From: an uncultured Verrucomicrobiae bacterium
GTDB taxonomy: Bacteria > Verrucomicrobiota > Verrucomicrobiia > Limisphaerales > JAFGQR01
DNA: 38,618 nucleotides
Assembly: GCA_963788655.1 (NCBI GenBank)
Contig: CAWBHS010000036.1
Location: 1-38,618 of the forward strand
Reading direction: 5' to 3'
Positions within the stretch are counted from its first letter, which is position 1, and each line of letters begins with the position of its first letter. Made by a program: the position numbers and the translations under genes. Positions 1-12,590 of this stretch are shown piece by piece. The notes below the pieces were generated by a model. It made no database searches. It was not told the DNA's origin and saw only the letters and a program-made list of their open reading frames with translations.

Positions 1-2234
1 CGCCTGAAATGAACATGGCCATCATTCATGGGCTGGGCGCGTTGTATCGGTTCACGGGTGAACCGCGCTTTCTCAAAATGATGCGCGAGATTGAAGCCGA
101 CTGGAAACGTGCCGGAGATTATCTGCGAACCGGTTTGAACGGCACGGGATGCCGCTACGCCGCGTCCGCGCTGGGAAAGCTTGCACGACCTTCAGGGATT
201 GGTGGAACTCTGGCGCATCACCGGCGAGCCGAAATATCGGGAAGCGTTTATGCATCATTGGCGCAGCATTGCGCGGTGGGACCGCCACAACACCGGCGGC
301 TTCAGCAGCGGCGAACAGGCGACCGGCAACGCCTATTCTCCGGCGGCCATGAGAACCTGCTGCACGATTGCCTGGATGGCCGTGAGCGTTGACATGCTGC
401 GGTTGACCGGCGATCCCCAAGTGGCCGATGAACTGGAGTTGACCACCTTCAACGCCGCCTTGGGCGCCCAGCATCCATCCGGCCGCTGGTGGACGTCCGA
501 CACCGCCGATGGACGGTGTGCGCGAAGCTTCGGCGCACAGCATTGTTTTCCAGGCTCCGCGCCGGAACGCCGGAATTAAACTGTTGCTCGGTCAACGGGC
601 CCCGTGCTTTGGGCATGCTCAGCGATTGGGCCGTCATGGCTGACACCAACGGCTTGGTGGTCAATTGGCTGGGTCCGGGCACATTCGCCGTGCGACTCAG
701 TGACGGAACTCCGGTTCGCCTGCGCTGCGAAACCGACTATCCTCTCGGCCGGGACCATCAAATGGACGCTGCAATCCAGCGCTGCGCCCCGTCGATTGGT
801 AATCCGCTTCCGCATTCCTGCCTGGTCGGTCAATCCCGTTTTACGGCTCAACGGCCAGGAACAGCGTGGGGTGAACCCAGGCCATTACTTCGAGAGTGAC
901 CGTCTGTGGAACAAAGGTGATGTCGTCGAATTGGATTTGGACTTGGAGTTGCGTTTTGTGCCCGGCGACCGCGAGGCTGCTGGCAAGGTTTCGCTGTACC
1001 GCGGATGCATTGTTGCTCGCCTACGATCAGCGCTTGAATTCATCCGATGAACGGAGAATGCCGCGTATAGACGTTAATCGCCTGAAGGAAGCGCAGCTTG
1101 CTGATCCGGTCGGCTTTCCTGGGAACCGGGCATTATCGCCTTGGTTGCTGCTGCATCTTCCGACGCAGGACGGCACAGCCCTCCGGCTTTGCGACTTTGC
1201 CAGCGCCGGAGCCATCGGTACCTGGTATCGTTCCTGGCTGAGGGTTCGAATCCGCCCCCGCCGCCACCCATCACGCGTTCGCCTGCCGATGGAGCAGTGA
1301 TCGGACCGGGCCCGACTCGCTTTCGCTGGACGACTCGCACCAACGCCGTCTGACCGAATACCGGTTGCTCATTGGCGACTCGCCCCGATTTACCGCAGCA
1401 GTGATGGAAGTAAATGGCCTGAAGCGGCCACGGCTGGATTTCGAAGATGTTTAAGGACCTCTCCAACCGGATCACTGGTATTATTGGCGCGTCATTGCCC
1501 GCGGTCCGCACGGCGAAACGTCCAGCGCGGAACCAGCCGCCCGCTTTCGATATGATCCAACGGTGCCGGCAACTGCCGGCGAAGCTGAACTCGAAATCGG
1601 GCCAGACGGTTTGGGCTTGAAAGCAGCTTTGCACGGCGACCCTAAACCCGAGTTCGGGCGGTTGAAACGGGCGACAGCTTATTCCGATACCATGGATCCC
1701 GGTGGTTCCACCAACACCGCGATTCGGTTGAATGGCCAGGACCAAATGCTGGTTTACACGCTGCCCGAAGAGCTTGACGAAGATTACTCGGTGGCCGTCT
1801 GGTTCCGCCTGCTCGCTCTTCCCGAGGGTCGCGTTGGACAAATCTTCAGTGCCTGGACCAAGAACATGGATGATCCGCTGCGCCTCACCATTGAAGGCGG
1901 CAAACTCTATGCCCGGATCGAAGCCCAGGCGGATTATTCCTCCAAGGGCCTGATGGTCGAGCGCAATGTCTGGCATCATCTGGCGGCTGTGAAGTCGGGC
2001 GCCACGCTGATCCTTTACCTCGATGGTCAGGCGCGTGAACGCATGGCAGTGCCTCAATTTCTCGGCACCACCTCCCGCACCTGCGCCCTGGGCGGCAATC
2101 CGAACTTTTCCGGTAACGAATTTCTGTCCGCGGACTTTGCCGATTTGAACGTGTTCTATCGGGCACTCGCGGAGGCTGAAGTGCATCGCTTGGCCAAATC
2201 CAGCAAGGTAGGGCGAGACTCCGTCGAGCCCTGA
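1..2234 (+). CDS. GH127-like (beta-L-arabinofuranosidase family) glycoside hydrolase with C-terminal LamG/ConA-like domain; 5'-truncated, about 8 or more frameshifts
   Basis: Consecutive ORF pieces give ..LYRFTGEPRFL.., ..GGFSSGEQ..TCCTIAWM..ADELELTTFNA.., ..PELNCCSVN..(Cys-Cys), ..FRIPAWS.., ..RLWNKGDVVEL... ORF 1563-2234 has LamG motifs (WHHLAAV..LYLDG..FADLNVFYRAL). Confidence 0.8.
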
Positions 2235-2379
2235 TTTCCCCGCAGGGCGTCCACAAACCCAAGACTGATCATTGGGAAATCCTTGATATCCGAATCACCG
2301 AAGGCTCACTGCGGTTTCGTCTTTTCAAAGATTGAAAACGATGCGGTGAAGTCAGGGCTCGACGGAGTCTCGCCCTACC
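2207..2379. repeat. REP doublet (REPIN-like), family A, copy 1
   Basis: Perfect 28-bp inverted repeat GGTAGGGCGAGACTCCGTCGAGCCCTGA (2207-2234 / 2352-2379). Each arm is GTAG plus an imperfect hairpin. Second copy at 34546. Confidence 0.9.
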
Positions 2380-2412
2380 GGATGCCACAGACGGGACTGC
2401 GGCCTGACTCGC

Positions 2413-5370
2413 TTACTGCTTTTGCGGTGGTCCGTCCAGCAACAAGTTATGCGTTTTCTGCTCGCGCGAACTCGGAGTGTTTTGCGTGCCGGGAATTGCC
2501 AGGCGGACACCCATGTTGGCGAAGAGGCCGCGCCAAAACTGGGCGTTGGCTTTCGAACGGGGCACGCAATCCATCGCGGAAACCGCCAAGGTTCCCTTGG
2601 ACCACGGCAGCGAAACCAACGCGGCTCCGGCAGGTTTGCGCAGATGTTCGTAAAGCACAACCGCGGCGCACTTGGCATTTTCAGGCGCGTTGTTGAACAA
2701 CGACCAATCCGTGTTGCTGGCTTCAAGGAGCACCCGGCTTTGTTTTACCAATGGACCATCGAGTCCGCACTTGAGGATCGCCTTGTCGGTGGCGTCTTCG
2801 GCGAAATACAGGTCTTTCAATGCGGAACCGGCAGTCCAGGTGTACGGCTGGCGCGGTACAAGCGCCGTGGCGTGGCGCGAGGTGAGCGTCACGGACGCCG
2901 GCAGGAATTGGGTCACTGTCAGAGTGACTTCGCCTTCCTTGCGGAACATGACCAGCACCGTGCCTTCGTTGGCCAGCGTAGCATCAGCCGCGGCTTTGGC
3001 AGCGGAGAACAGATCAGCGGTTAGCGTTTCGGCATCCACCACCAGCAGTTGGGCCGTCTGGATTGGTCCCTCGGCCAACGGCAATCCCAACGCCACGAGC
3101 CGCCGAGACAATTCGCCGTCACGCGCGCCAATGTAAGCCACGCGCTCAATGGTCGCGGGCGGCCTCACACCGCCGTTTGCTTGATTTCCGGGCGGTGATC
3201 CCAGACGCATGGTTCCGGACCATCAGGAGCCTGGGCGGCCTGTTCGGCGATGAACATCGGCAACGGCCGGTACAGGGGCAGGTCCGGGTCCCAGCCGGGA
3301 TTGAACGTGCAAACGTAAGGCGGCAGGCGCTCCGGTTGGACGCCGGGCTTGCCCTCCTCGAACGGTTTGAACCACACCCCGTCGGTGGCGTTCGGTAGCC
3401 GGCTGAAGTCGTGGTATCCGACATTCAGATGCTCGATCCCGAACCACGCCGTTTCGGCCGGCGAGAAGAATGTCAGCTTGGGCCGGGCGAGTTGGACGAT
3501 GTTGTCGTAAACATCGATGGCGAGCGCCTCGTTGCGGCCTTGGTAGCTTTCATAAGCGCGATCGCCATTGAACACCGCGAGCTGGCCGGGCCGGGCGTAA
3601 TAGGTGCCACCCGATTCGCCGACCATCAGCGGTTTCGTTGGTGCTGGCGGCAACCACTCCGGCCGGGGCAGCCCCAGTCCAAAATGCTTGTTCCAGACCG
3701 GCATCGTGCCTCGCAGATCCTCGTCGCCATCGCAGGAGAACCAGGAGCGGGTGGGATCCAATCGGCGACCGCGCGCGCCCAACTCGGCGAGTCGGCGATA
3801 CCAGACATCGGTTTGCTCCTTGGTGATGGCCGGGTCGTAAATGAACGTGGCGAACAATTCGTTGCCCTTCCAACCAAAGACGCTGGGATGGTTGCGGTCG
3901 CGCAAGATCAAGTGGTCGTAGTGTTCGGCGAACCGGTCCCAAGCGACGGGTGCTTCGAAGTTCAACTGCAACGAACTGCCAAACAAGGCCGTTTCATCCA
4001 GCACCAACAGACCCATTTCATCGGCCAGGTCGAGGTAATGGCGCGGATGCGGTTGGGCGTGCGGGCGCACCGCGTTGCCGTGCATGTCTTTGATCATGCG
4101 ATACCACGCCCAGATGTAACGGCGGGAATTAATGAACGGCCCAAAAGGGTGCAGCAGGTCGCCAAACATCGTCACCTTCTTTCCATTCAGCAGAAAATCC
4201 GTTCCCACAATCTTGCCTTGCCGCCAGCCAAAGCGGGTGTAGCGACAATCCAATGTCCGGTCGCCCGCCTGCACCGCCAGTACCAGTCCGTACAAATTGG
4301 GTGTTTCCGGCGACCAAAACCGAAGACGCCCCGCGACCTTCTCATTCAACGTGATGGTCTTGGTTTCGCCCGGCGGCAAAGCGATTCGTTGCGCGGGCAG
4401 AGCCATCACCGGGGCGTCGAGCCGCCATTTCGGCTCCGGGGCCTCCAAGAGATTGGGGCCGGCCAAGTTCACCCAGGGCTGAATGCGACCGCTGACCATG
4501 ACGGTTTGTTCGCGGGCCGAATCGTTGCGCAGCATCACTTCCGCTTCGAGGAGAATCCCGGTCCACCCACGGTTTGACCAACACCTCCGTCACGTGCAAT
4601 GGGGGCAGTCCCAGGAGAAACACGTCCTGCCAAATGCCGCTCAAGTTATCGGTATTGGAACCGGGCGGATACGGCGTGCGCATGTGTTTGTATTTCGTGC
4701 TGCGCTGGTCAAAGAGCCGCAAGCTGCGCACGCCCACGAGCAGTTCGTTGTCGCCCTCGCGTTTGACCAGGTCGGTAATGTCGAACTCGAACGGCAGGTA
4801 TCGGCCGAAATGCTCGCCTGCTTTTCGCCCGTTGACCAATACCTGCGTTTGACCGCCGACCGCTTCGAAGTGCAACCCGATCCGGCGGTCGCCCCAGGCT
4901 TCCGGAATGCGGAACGTGCGGCGCAACCAACCCATCTCAACGCCATCCCAACGTGGCGGGTAACTCGGGTAATAGACCGAACTCGGCCAATAGGGATGCA
5001 CCGTGCCTTCGCCGACGTGGCGACCGGCGCCCCAGGTGTTCACATTCCAGGGCGAAGGAATCTTAATGGGTGTGGTTTCCCACTGATCGGCAGCCGGCAG
5101 CCGCAGTTCCGGAGCGATACCGATACCCCGTTTCCAGTCCTTCGGCAGCGGTACAGGTTGAAGTTGCCAACGGCCATTCAAACAGAGGTCTTCTCGGTAC
5201 GGCTGCTCCGGAGGTTTAACCCAACCTTCTTCGGGCGCAAAATCGCGAGTGAATTCCACGCGAGCGAACGCTGACGCATACGCACACCAGGAAATGGCTA
5301 GCGTCACTGCCCAAAGGCTCAGAGACGACGCCATCATTGTTCTTTGGTTTCGAGCAGCCATGTTGTTCAT
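2413..5370 (-). CDS. Secreted glycoside hydrolase family 2; frameshifted near 4550 and 3190
   Basis: Signal peptide; LNGRWQL, LHFEAV..VNG, SGIWQDV, PNLY, TRFGWR, DLADEMGLLV; RNHPSVFGW.GNE (acid/base) and MVGESGG (nucleophile) across ORFs 4342-5862, 3165-4538 and 2413-3210. Start uncertain. Confidence 0.85.
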
Positions 5371-5483
5371 CTTCGGAGCGGAACAATGTTTCTGACGAGC
5401 TTTTTCGAACTGACGGCTGGCAACCGGGCGTGGGCAGCGGCGGCGCCGAGAGCTGGAGACGTTTCCGAGTTTCTGTGGACGTT

Positions 5484-5532
5484 CGCCCGCTGTTCCCTCT
5501 CCCTGAGGGAGAGGGTCAGGGTGAGGGGGAAC
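5484..5532. repeat. Solo CCCTCTCCC/GGGAGAGGG hairpin repeat, family D
   Basis: cgcccgctgttccctctccctgagggagagggtcagggtgagggggaac is nearly identical to 30011-30059. Confidence 0.85.
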
Positions 5533-5671
5533 GGCGCGCTCGCCGGGTACGCCCAATCCGCATTGGAGAGCGGTTGACCTTTCCCGCCTTGTTTGAGGTC
5601 GGTAGTTCGGCAATCCGGCGGGGTAGAGAATTCGCTTTCCCTCAAGTTCCAACTTTTGTGATCCTTGCCGC

Positions 5672-7341
5672 ATGTGGTTGTTCAAATTGCAAGGCAGCCA
5701 GCCGGTCGCCCACGCCATCCTGGTGCTGGCGGCGGTGGCGGTGCTTGGCTTGGCGTCGGGAGCATCAAAATCCGGGGCGTCAGTCTGGGCATCGCGGGCG
5801 TTCTCTTTGCGGGTATTTTCCTGGGCCACTTGGGCTGGGGCATTGATCCCAGCGTGCTGCACTGGGTCCGGGAATTTGGCCTGATCCTATTTGTCTATAC
5901 CATCGGCATGCAGGTGGGGCCCGGCTTTCTGACGTCATTACGGCGCCAGGGATTGCCATTGAATCTCATGGCCATGAGCATCGTCGTGCTGGGCGCCCTG
6001 GTTACCATGGGCTTGGCGTGGTTGATGAAGTTGGATTGGGCGGCGGCCATCGGTTTGTTTACCGGCGCCACCACCAACACGCCCGCGCTGGGCGCCGCGC
6101 AGGATGCGTTGCGCAGCATTCCCGGCGTGGCTCCGACGCGACTCGATTTGCCGGCGTTGGGGTATGCCATTGCTTATCCGTTCGGAATCATCGGGATCAT
6201 TGGCAGTATGCTGCTGTTCCGGACGGTGTTTCGGATTGATCTGGAAGCGGAAGGCCAACGCTTTCGCCAATCGCACACTTCGGATAAAGAACCGCTCAAG
6301 CGAATGAATTTGCTCGTGGATAATCCGAATCTCAACGGACTACGCCTCGATCAAATTCCCGGCATGCAGGAACTCGAGGTCGTCGTTTCCCGCATCAAAC
6401 GCGTGGGTGATGAGAAGGTGCGACCGGCCCAAGGTTCAACCACAGTGCAATCTGGCGATACGCTGCTGGCCGTCGGCACGAAGGGCAACCTTGACCGCTT
6501 TCGCCTGATCGTTGGGAAGGAAAGTCCCGCTGATCTGCTCCGCATGCCTGGACAAGTAACACGGCAGCGAGTGGTGGTCACCCGCAAACAGGTCTTGGGC
6601 AAATCGCTGGGCGAACTGGGACTGAACCAGGTCTATGGCGTAACCGTTTCCCGCGTCACCCGGGCTGACATCGAGCTGACGGCGTTGCCGAATTTGAAGC
6701 TACAATTCGGCGACATGCTCCAAGTGGTGGGGGAAAAGGACGCCATCGCCAATGCCGCCGCCGCTTTGGGCAATTCGCTGAAGGAAGTCAATCACACCAA
6801 TCTGATCCCCATTTTTGTGGGAATTGTGTTGGGAATTGTGTTGGGAACCTACCCGATCACGCTCGGCAATATGCCAGCGCCAGTTCGATTGGGACTGGCT
6901 GGTGGCCCGCTGGTCGTGGCGATCATTCTCAGCCGCATCGGCAAGATCGGTCCGCTGGTGTGGTACATGCCGGTGAATGCCAACGTGGTGCTGCGGGAAT
7001 TGGGGATTGTCCTATTTCTTTCCTGCGTGGGATTGAAGGCCGGGGAACGCTTTGTCGAGCAACTCCTGCACGGACCGGGCCTGGTGTGGATGGGCTATGG
7101 TGTCTTCATTACGCTGATTCCCCTGCTGACCGTAGGATTCATCGGACGAAAGCTTCTCAACACCAATTTCATGAACCTCTGCGGTTTGCTGGCCGGCAGC
7201 ATGACCGATCCACCGGCCCTGGCGTTTGCCAACACCGTCAACAACTCTGATGCACCGTCGGTCGCCTACGCCACCGTCTATCCGCTCACCATGCTGCTCC
7301 GCATCATCATCGCCCAAGTGCTGGTGCTCTTTTTCTGTTAG
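5672..7341 (+). CDS. yidE: AspT/YidE/YbjL-family transporter with two TrkA-C domains; frameshift near 5755
   Basis: GVSLGIAGVLF, EFGLILFVYTIGMQVGPGF, GATTNTPALGAA, LGLAGGPLVVAI, GLLAGSMTDPPALAFA, YATVYPLTM. The N-terminus lies in ORF 5672-5884. Confidence 0.9.
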
Positions 7342-7441
7342 GGGTCAGACCATACTTTTTGCAATTGGAGCGGCCATCGATTGCAAAAGCACTCTGCGAT
7401 AAATTGATTTCCATAGCTTGCACACAGTACGGTCTGACCCC
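7341..7441. repeat. 101-bp element with GGGGTCAGAC terminal inverted repeats
   Basis: ggggtcagaccatactttttgcaa (7341-7364) versus ttgcacacagtacggtctgacccc (7418-7441), 21/24 complementary; AT-rich core. Confidence 0.75.
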
Positions 7442-7489
7442 GCACTTTACCGTTGTGTCGGTAAATTCCTCTGATTTAGGTTGGTGGCA

Positions 7490-8463
7490 ATGAACGTATT
7501 TGTCACTGGTGGCGCGGGCTACATCGGCTCGATTTGTGTGGAAGAATTGCTCAAGGCAGGGCATGCGGTGACGGTTTTTGACAATCTTTCCGAAGGTCAT
7601 CGATCTGCCGTCGATCCGCGGGCGACGTTTGTGCAGGCCTGCTTGAGTGACGCTCCGGCGTTGGCTGAGGCTCTGCGGAAATCACAGGCTGAAGCCATCA
7701 TCCATTTCGCCGCCAATGCGCTTGGTGGGCGAATCGATGACCAATCCCGGCAAATACTTTGGCAACAACGTCGGCAATGGGGTGAAGCTTTTGGAAGCCG
7801 CCGTGGCGGCAGGCGTGCGGAAATTTGTCTTCAGTTCCACGTGCGCGACGTATGGTCCGCCCGAACGGGTGCCCATTACCGAGGACCTGCCGCAACGACC
7901 GATCAATCCCTACGGCGAATCCAAACTGATGTTCGAAAAGATTCTGAGTTGGTATCAGCAGATTCATGAACTCGAGTTTGTGGCGTTCCGCTATTTCAAC
8001 GCCGCTGGTGCCACGACGCGTTTTGGCGAGCATCATCGCATTGAAACGCACCTCATCCCGCGGTTGGTGAGCGTTCTGATGGGTCAGGCGGAACAGGCCG
8101 AGATTTACGGCACGGATTATCCCACGCCGGATGGCACCTGCATCCGGGATTACATCCACATTGTGGATTTGGCGCAGGCGCACATTCAGGCGCTCACGCC
8201 GGGCAAACAGGGTTTTTTCAACCTCGGTAATGGCGACGGTTATTCGGTGCGGCAAGTCATTGAGATGTGCGAACAAGTGTCGGGTCGGAAAATCCCGGTG
8301 GTCGAGAAATCCCGTCGCGCGGGCGATCCGCCCAAACTGGTGGCCAACGCCGACAAGGCCCGGTCGCGAATTGGGCTGGAAACCGCAATACCCCAAACTG
8401 GAAGCCATCGTCCAGAGCGCCTGGCAGTGGCACCAGAAACACCCCAATGGTTATCCGGACTGA
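7490..8463 (+). CDS. galE: UDP-glucose 4-epimerase; frameshifts near 7720 and 8365
   Basis: [28 protein letters not shown] (YxxxK), [18 protein letters not shown]-terminal [11 protein letters not shown]. Confidence 0.95.
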
Positions 8464-8728
8464 CGTGGTCACGCATTCTGAATAAATCTCCTTTAGCGGT
8501 TTCCCTCCTGATCGCACCCAAGGACGGAGTTGGACTCTCCAAGATTACTCTTCCCGGTGGACTGGCTTCCGTTGGGGACCTGGCCGATTTGTTCGAACCA
8601 CAACTCAACTGCGGCACCGTTGTTTGCCGCATCAAGATCGCTAACACTGGCAAACGATTTTGTGAAATGTTTCCTTTTCGTCGCCACGAAGGCCGACTTA
8701 TCAGCATTCCCGTAGCACGGTGGGCAAG

Positions 8729-8841
8729 GTGTTGTTGGCGTCCCGCCGGCAAGAGCGAACACACAGGGCGCGTGCGGACATCCACTCCATCATTCGTTAC
8801 ACCTCCCTCCGTTCGATCTGCCGGCAGGATGCCGGCAGCAC
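8729..8841. repeat. REP doublet family B, copy 1
   Basis: gtgttgttggcgtcccgccggca ... tgccggcaggatgccggcagcac; same arms and span as 14399-14510. Confidence 0.75.
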
Positions 8842-8902
8842 GCTGGATCCGTCATTGTATTCACCGTCGGTCCCCCGATAAGCTCGCCGACACAATCGCT
8901 TT

Positions 8903-11900
8903 ATGAATGACCTGCAACGCCTCTGGATTTATTGCGGCCTGATCGCTCCGTTCGTTTTGGGTGGCGGACCATTGACCGCCGCCACACCCAAATCCAACCA
9001 ACCAACTCAATCACTCGCCGGTACGTGGCGGTTTCAACTGGATCGCCAGGATGCCGGCATTCGCGAGCAGTGGTTCGAACGCCAGTTGCCGGACAAGATC
9101 AAGCTGCCCGGCTCGCTGCCCGAGCAAGGGATTGGTGACGACGTAACTATGGATACCCAGTGGATGGGCGGCATCGTGGACCGGTCGTTTTTCACCGCGC
9201 CCGAATACGCGCGCTACCGGCAGCCGGGCCATGTTAAAGTCCCATTCTGGCTGCAACCCGAAAAGTATTATGCCGGAGTCGCCTGGTATCAGCGCGACAT
9301 TGACATTCCTTCAACGTGGCAAGGTCAACGCGTCGTGCTCATGCTTGAACGGCCCCATTGGGAAACCCGCGTTTGGCTGGACGAACGCCTCATCGGCACC
9401 AACGACAGCCTCTCGACGCCGCACGAATATGACCTCGGCACCGGCCTGGCGTCCGGCAAACACACGCTCACCATCCGCGTGGACAACCGCATGGTCATCG
9501 ACATCGGCGTAAACTCGCACAGCATCAGCGATCACACCCAGGGCGATTGGAATGGGATCGTGGGCCGAATGCGAATTGCGGGCAACGCCGCTCGTGTGGA
9601 TTGAGGATTTGCAGGTTTTTCCCCAAGTGGACACCAAGTCGGCCAAGGTAATCGTCAAGCTGGGCAACGCGACCGGGAAGGCGGGCCGCGGCCTGTTGAA
9701 GTTGACGGCGAAGCTTTCGCCCGACAACTCCACACCAACAACAGCGCCATCAACTTCCGAGGAAGTTGCCTGGGGTGCAGATGGCGGAACGTGCGAAACC
9801 GACCATTCCTCTCGGCAAGGATGCCCCATTATGGGACGAGTTCAATCCCGCGGCTCTATATGCTCGCCGCACGTCTGGACATTCAGGACCGCAATCGTCG
9901 CCTGCCCGCTGCGGCTACGACCACCTTCGGGCTGCGCGAAATCTCGACGCAAGGCACCCAGTTCCTGATCAATGGCCGCAAGACCTTTATCCGCGGCACG
10001 CTGGAGTGCTGCATTTTTCCAAAGACCGGCCATCCGCCGACGGACGTCGAGTCCTGGAAGCGCAGTCATTCGCGTCGCCAAGGCGCACGGGCTTGAACAC
10101 TATCCGCTTCCATTCGTGGTGCCCGCCGGAGGCGGCGTTCGTGGCGGCGGACGAACTGGGTTTTTACTTCCAGGTCGAATGTGCCTCGTGGGCCAACTCA
10201 CTCCACCACGCTCGGCGACGGCAAGCCGGTGGATGCCTGGGTTTATCGACGAAGACGGACCGCATCCTGAAGGCTTACGGCAATCATCCGTCCTTCGTCC
10301 TCATGCCCTACGGCAATGAACCGGGCGGACGAAAACGCGTGGCTTATCTCGCAAAATGGGTGAGTCATTACAAGGCGAAGGATCCGCGCCGGCTTTACAG
10401 CAGCGGCGCCGGCTGGCCGCAGATTCCGGAAAACCAGTTTCACGTCACGCCCGACCCGCGCATCCAGGCCTGGGGCGCGGGACTCAAGAGCCGCATCAAC
10501 GCCAAGCCGCCGGAGACGATGACCGATTATCGCGATTACATCCAGGCGCGCAACGTGCCGGTGATCAGCCACGAGATCGGCCAGTGGTGCGTGTATCCGA
10601 ACTTCGACGAAATCCAGAAATACACCGGTTACCTCAAGCCGAGGAACTTCGAGATCTTCCGCGACTCGACTGAAGGCAGCACGGCATGGGCTCGATCAGG
10701 CGAAGCGAATTCCTGCTGGCTTCCGGCAAACTGCAGACGCTGTGCTACAAGGAAGACATCGAATCGGCCCTGCGCACGCCGGGCATGGGCGGATTTCAGT
10801 TGCTCGACTTGCACGATTTTCCCGGCCAGGGCACGGCGCTGGTCGGCGTGCTGGATCCGTTCTGGGAGGAAAAGGGCTACGTGACGGCCGCGGAATTCAG
10901 CCGGTTCTGCAACTGCACCGTGCCGCTGGCGCGGCTGCCGTAAACGGGTGTTCACCACGGACGAAACATTGGAAGCAGACTTCGAGGTGGCCCACTTCGG
11001 TTCGGAACCACTGGAGCGTGCCGTCACCACGTGGCGATTGGTTGGCGACGATGGCAAAGCCGTAGCTGCCGGCGAATTGCCCGCCAAAACGATCCCAATT
11101 GACAACGGCATTGCACTCGGCCATCTGAGCGTTGCGTTGAAGAATGTGTCGGCTCCGGCGCGCTACAAACTGGTGGCCAGCATTCAGACACCCGCCGCGC
11201 AAGCGGCGCGAAGCTTACGTCAATCATTGCCTGGTCGCTTCGAAAATGACTGGGACGTTTGGGTGTATCCGTCAAAGGCTGCAATCGCCGTGCCCGACCA
11301 AGTGACCGTCTTGGACGCACTTGATCAACAAGCGCTCAACACATTGGCGGCTGGCGGCAAGGTGCTACTGCTTATTCCACCTTCGCGCATAAAGAATGCG
11401 GCGAAGGACCAAGTCGCGATCGGTTTCTCCAGCATTTTCTGGAACACCGCCTGGACCCGCCGCCAGGCCCCGACGACGTTGGGCATCCTGTGCGATCCGA
11501 AGCAACCCGCGCTGGCAGAGTTTCCCACCGATGACCACAGCAACTGGCAATGGTGGTATCTCATCAGTCGTGCCCGCGCCATGATCCTGGACGACTTGCC
11601 AGCCGAACTCCGACCGACTGTGCAAGTGATTGACGACTGGTTTACCGCGCGCAAACTGGGTTTGCTGTTCGAAGCCAGACTTGGCCAGGGCAAACTGGCC
11701 GTTTGCAGCATTGACCTGGAACACGATCTCGACACAAATCCGGTAGCCCGCCAATTCCGGCACAGCCTGCTGCGATACCTGGCCAGTGCGGCATTCAAAC
11801 CCAGGATTGCAGTCACCGCCGAACAGGTGCGCGGTTTGTTCACTAAGCCGTCGGCCATGCAACGATATGGTGCGCGCATTTTCAAAGTCAGCAGCGCCGA

Positions 11901-12288
11901 AGACGGTTTCCCCGCCGCCAATGCCATCGACGGCGATCCGAACACGATGTGGCACACGCAATGGACGGGTCACCTGCCGACCTTTCCGCACGAACTGGCA
12001 ATTGAATTTGACCGTCCTTTTCCCATCGGTGGCTTCACTGCCTTGCCCCGTCAAGATAACAACCGAAATGGCTGGATCAAGGATTACACATTTTACGTGA
12101 GCCAGGACGGCAGGGACTGGGGCGAGCCGGTGGCCAAAGGAACATTTCCCAATGATGCCCGTTTGAAGACCGTGCAGCTCGACGCGCCGAAAGTCGGACG
12201 TTTTGTACGGCTAGTTGCCCTGTCCGGACATGCGAACGGCCCTTGGGCATCGCTGGCGGAATTGGAAGTGCTGGTGGCGGGAGAGTAG
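8903..12288 (+). CDS. Secreted glycoside hydrolase family 2 with C-terminal F5/8 type C (CBM32-like) domain; multiple frameshifts 9570-10950
   Basis: Signal peptide; LAGTWRF, WYQRDI, WNGIVG, FGLREI, GLNTIRFHSW, ADELG; GNHPSF..GNE and ISHEIGQW catalytic motifs; C-terminal NAIDGDPNTMWHT..PRQD..LAELEV. Confidence 0.85.
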
Positions 12289-12314
12289 CGACGGTATTAC
12301 GAAGATTCGCGGAA

Positions 12315-12341
12315 GCTGGATGCCGGATACCGGATGCCGGA
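12315..12341 (+). repeat. Heptamer tandem array (GCYGGAT)n
   Basis: gctggat gccggat accggat gccgga; related arrays at 18108 and 23535. Confidence 0.7.
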
Positions 12342-12377
12342 GGGTGCGTCTGGTGGAGGATGGCTTTCGGGTCATAC

Positions 12378-12590
12378 GAAAGCGGCGGAGGGCCGCCGCA
12401 CTCCAAAACCTGGCGGCAGTCGGATGGGATGGGACACCAACCAGCGCGCCAGCGTTTGGAGTGCGCGGAGCTTGCTCCCGCTTTCATGAACCCCAGAACG
12501 CGCAAAGACCAACACGACGCTGGCAACATTTGGCTCTCCACCGTGATCGGAAAGCGCCGGCAAGCCAGGCGCACTCCAAACGCTGGCGCG
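12378..12590. repeat. REP family C (GCACTCCAAA type): one solo arm plus an inverted doublet
   Basis: Solo gaaagcggcggagggccgccgcactccaaaacc (from 12378). Doublet 12445-12485 / 12550-12590 with perfect 21-bp outer IR cgcgccagcgtttggagtgcg. Confidence 0.85.

Noticed and set aside
1240..1253. GAGGGTTCGAATCC resembles a tRNA T-arm
   Set aside because: No cloverleaf or acceptor stem; it lies in the coding linker (EGSNPPP) of the GH127-like gene.
6819..6842. 12-bp direct repeat GGGAATTGTGTT x2
   Set aside because: Encodes GIVL-GIVL in a transmembrane helix.
12378..12590. Three spaced palindromic repeats as a possible CRISPR array
   Set aside because: Orientations alternate, spacing is irregular and no cas genes are present; they fit REP elements.
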